NCBI RefSeq assembly: GCF_006345805.1
Contig: NC_043017.1
Coordinates: forward strand, 13,764,001 to 13,828,000
DNA length: 64,000 bases
DNA from: Octopus sinensis
Taxonomy: Eukaryota
Reading direction: 5' to 3'
Below are positions 63,918-64,000 of this stretch, piece after piece (position 1 is the stretch's first letter; every line of letters starts with the position of its first letter). Under the pieces are notes generated by a model. It was given only the letters and a program-made list of their open reading frames with translations, had not been told where the DNA came from and searched no databases. A program made the translations under genes and the position numbers.

Positions 63918-64000
63918 ACTGACATAAGATATATGTGTTTAGTGATCATGAAAGAGAATTCAGCTATGGAAAACAAACTGAAAATGTAGGAGCACCAGTC

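Noticed and set aside
1-64000. CRISPR array, rRNA, prokaryotic operon or defence system
   Set aside because: The DNA is eukaryotic, with no regularly spaced repeat-spacer array and no gene-dense ORFs.

Overview
Eukaryotic, AT-rich DNA packed with microsatellites and transposable elements. The SINE families and (TA)n/(TG)n density point to an octopus (coleoid cephalopod); this is recognition from memory, not a database result. Almost all ORFs in the supplied track are microsatellite or SINE artefacts. Reading splice signals by hand gives one plausible + strand multi-exon gene of unknown family (about 28.4-56.2 kb, 7 phase-compatible exons, about 175 aa), starting at the right edge of a CpG-retaining block (about 16.7-28.5 kb). 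There are weaker hints of a divergent - strand transcription unit. The rest is a TE landscape: at least four modular tRNA-derived SINE families, RTE and CR1/L2-group LINE remnants, maT-like and mariner transposase fossils, a shredded Gypsy integrase, piggyBac (TTAA), hAT and Merlin-like MITEs, and Helitron-like elements, with many nested insertions. The best observation is a LINE 3' end (54034-54072) sharing its terminal 39 nt with the most common SINE here, including a hairpin with three compensatory base-pair changes, which indicates a SINE/LINE partner pair. No CRISPR array, rRNA gene or true tRNA gene was found.
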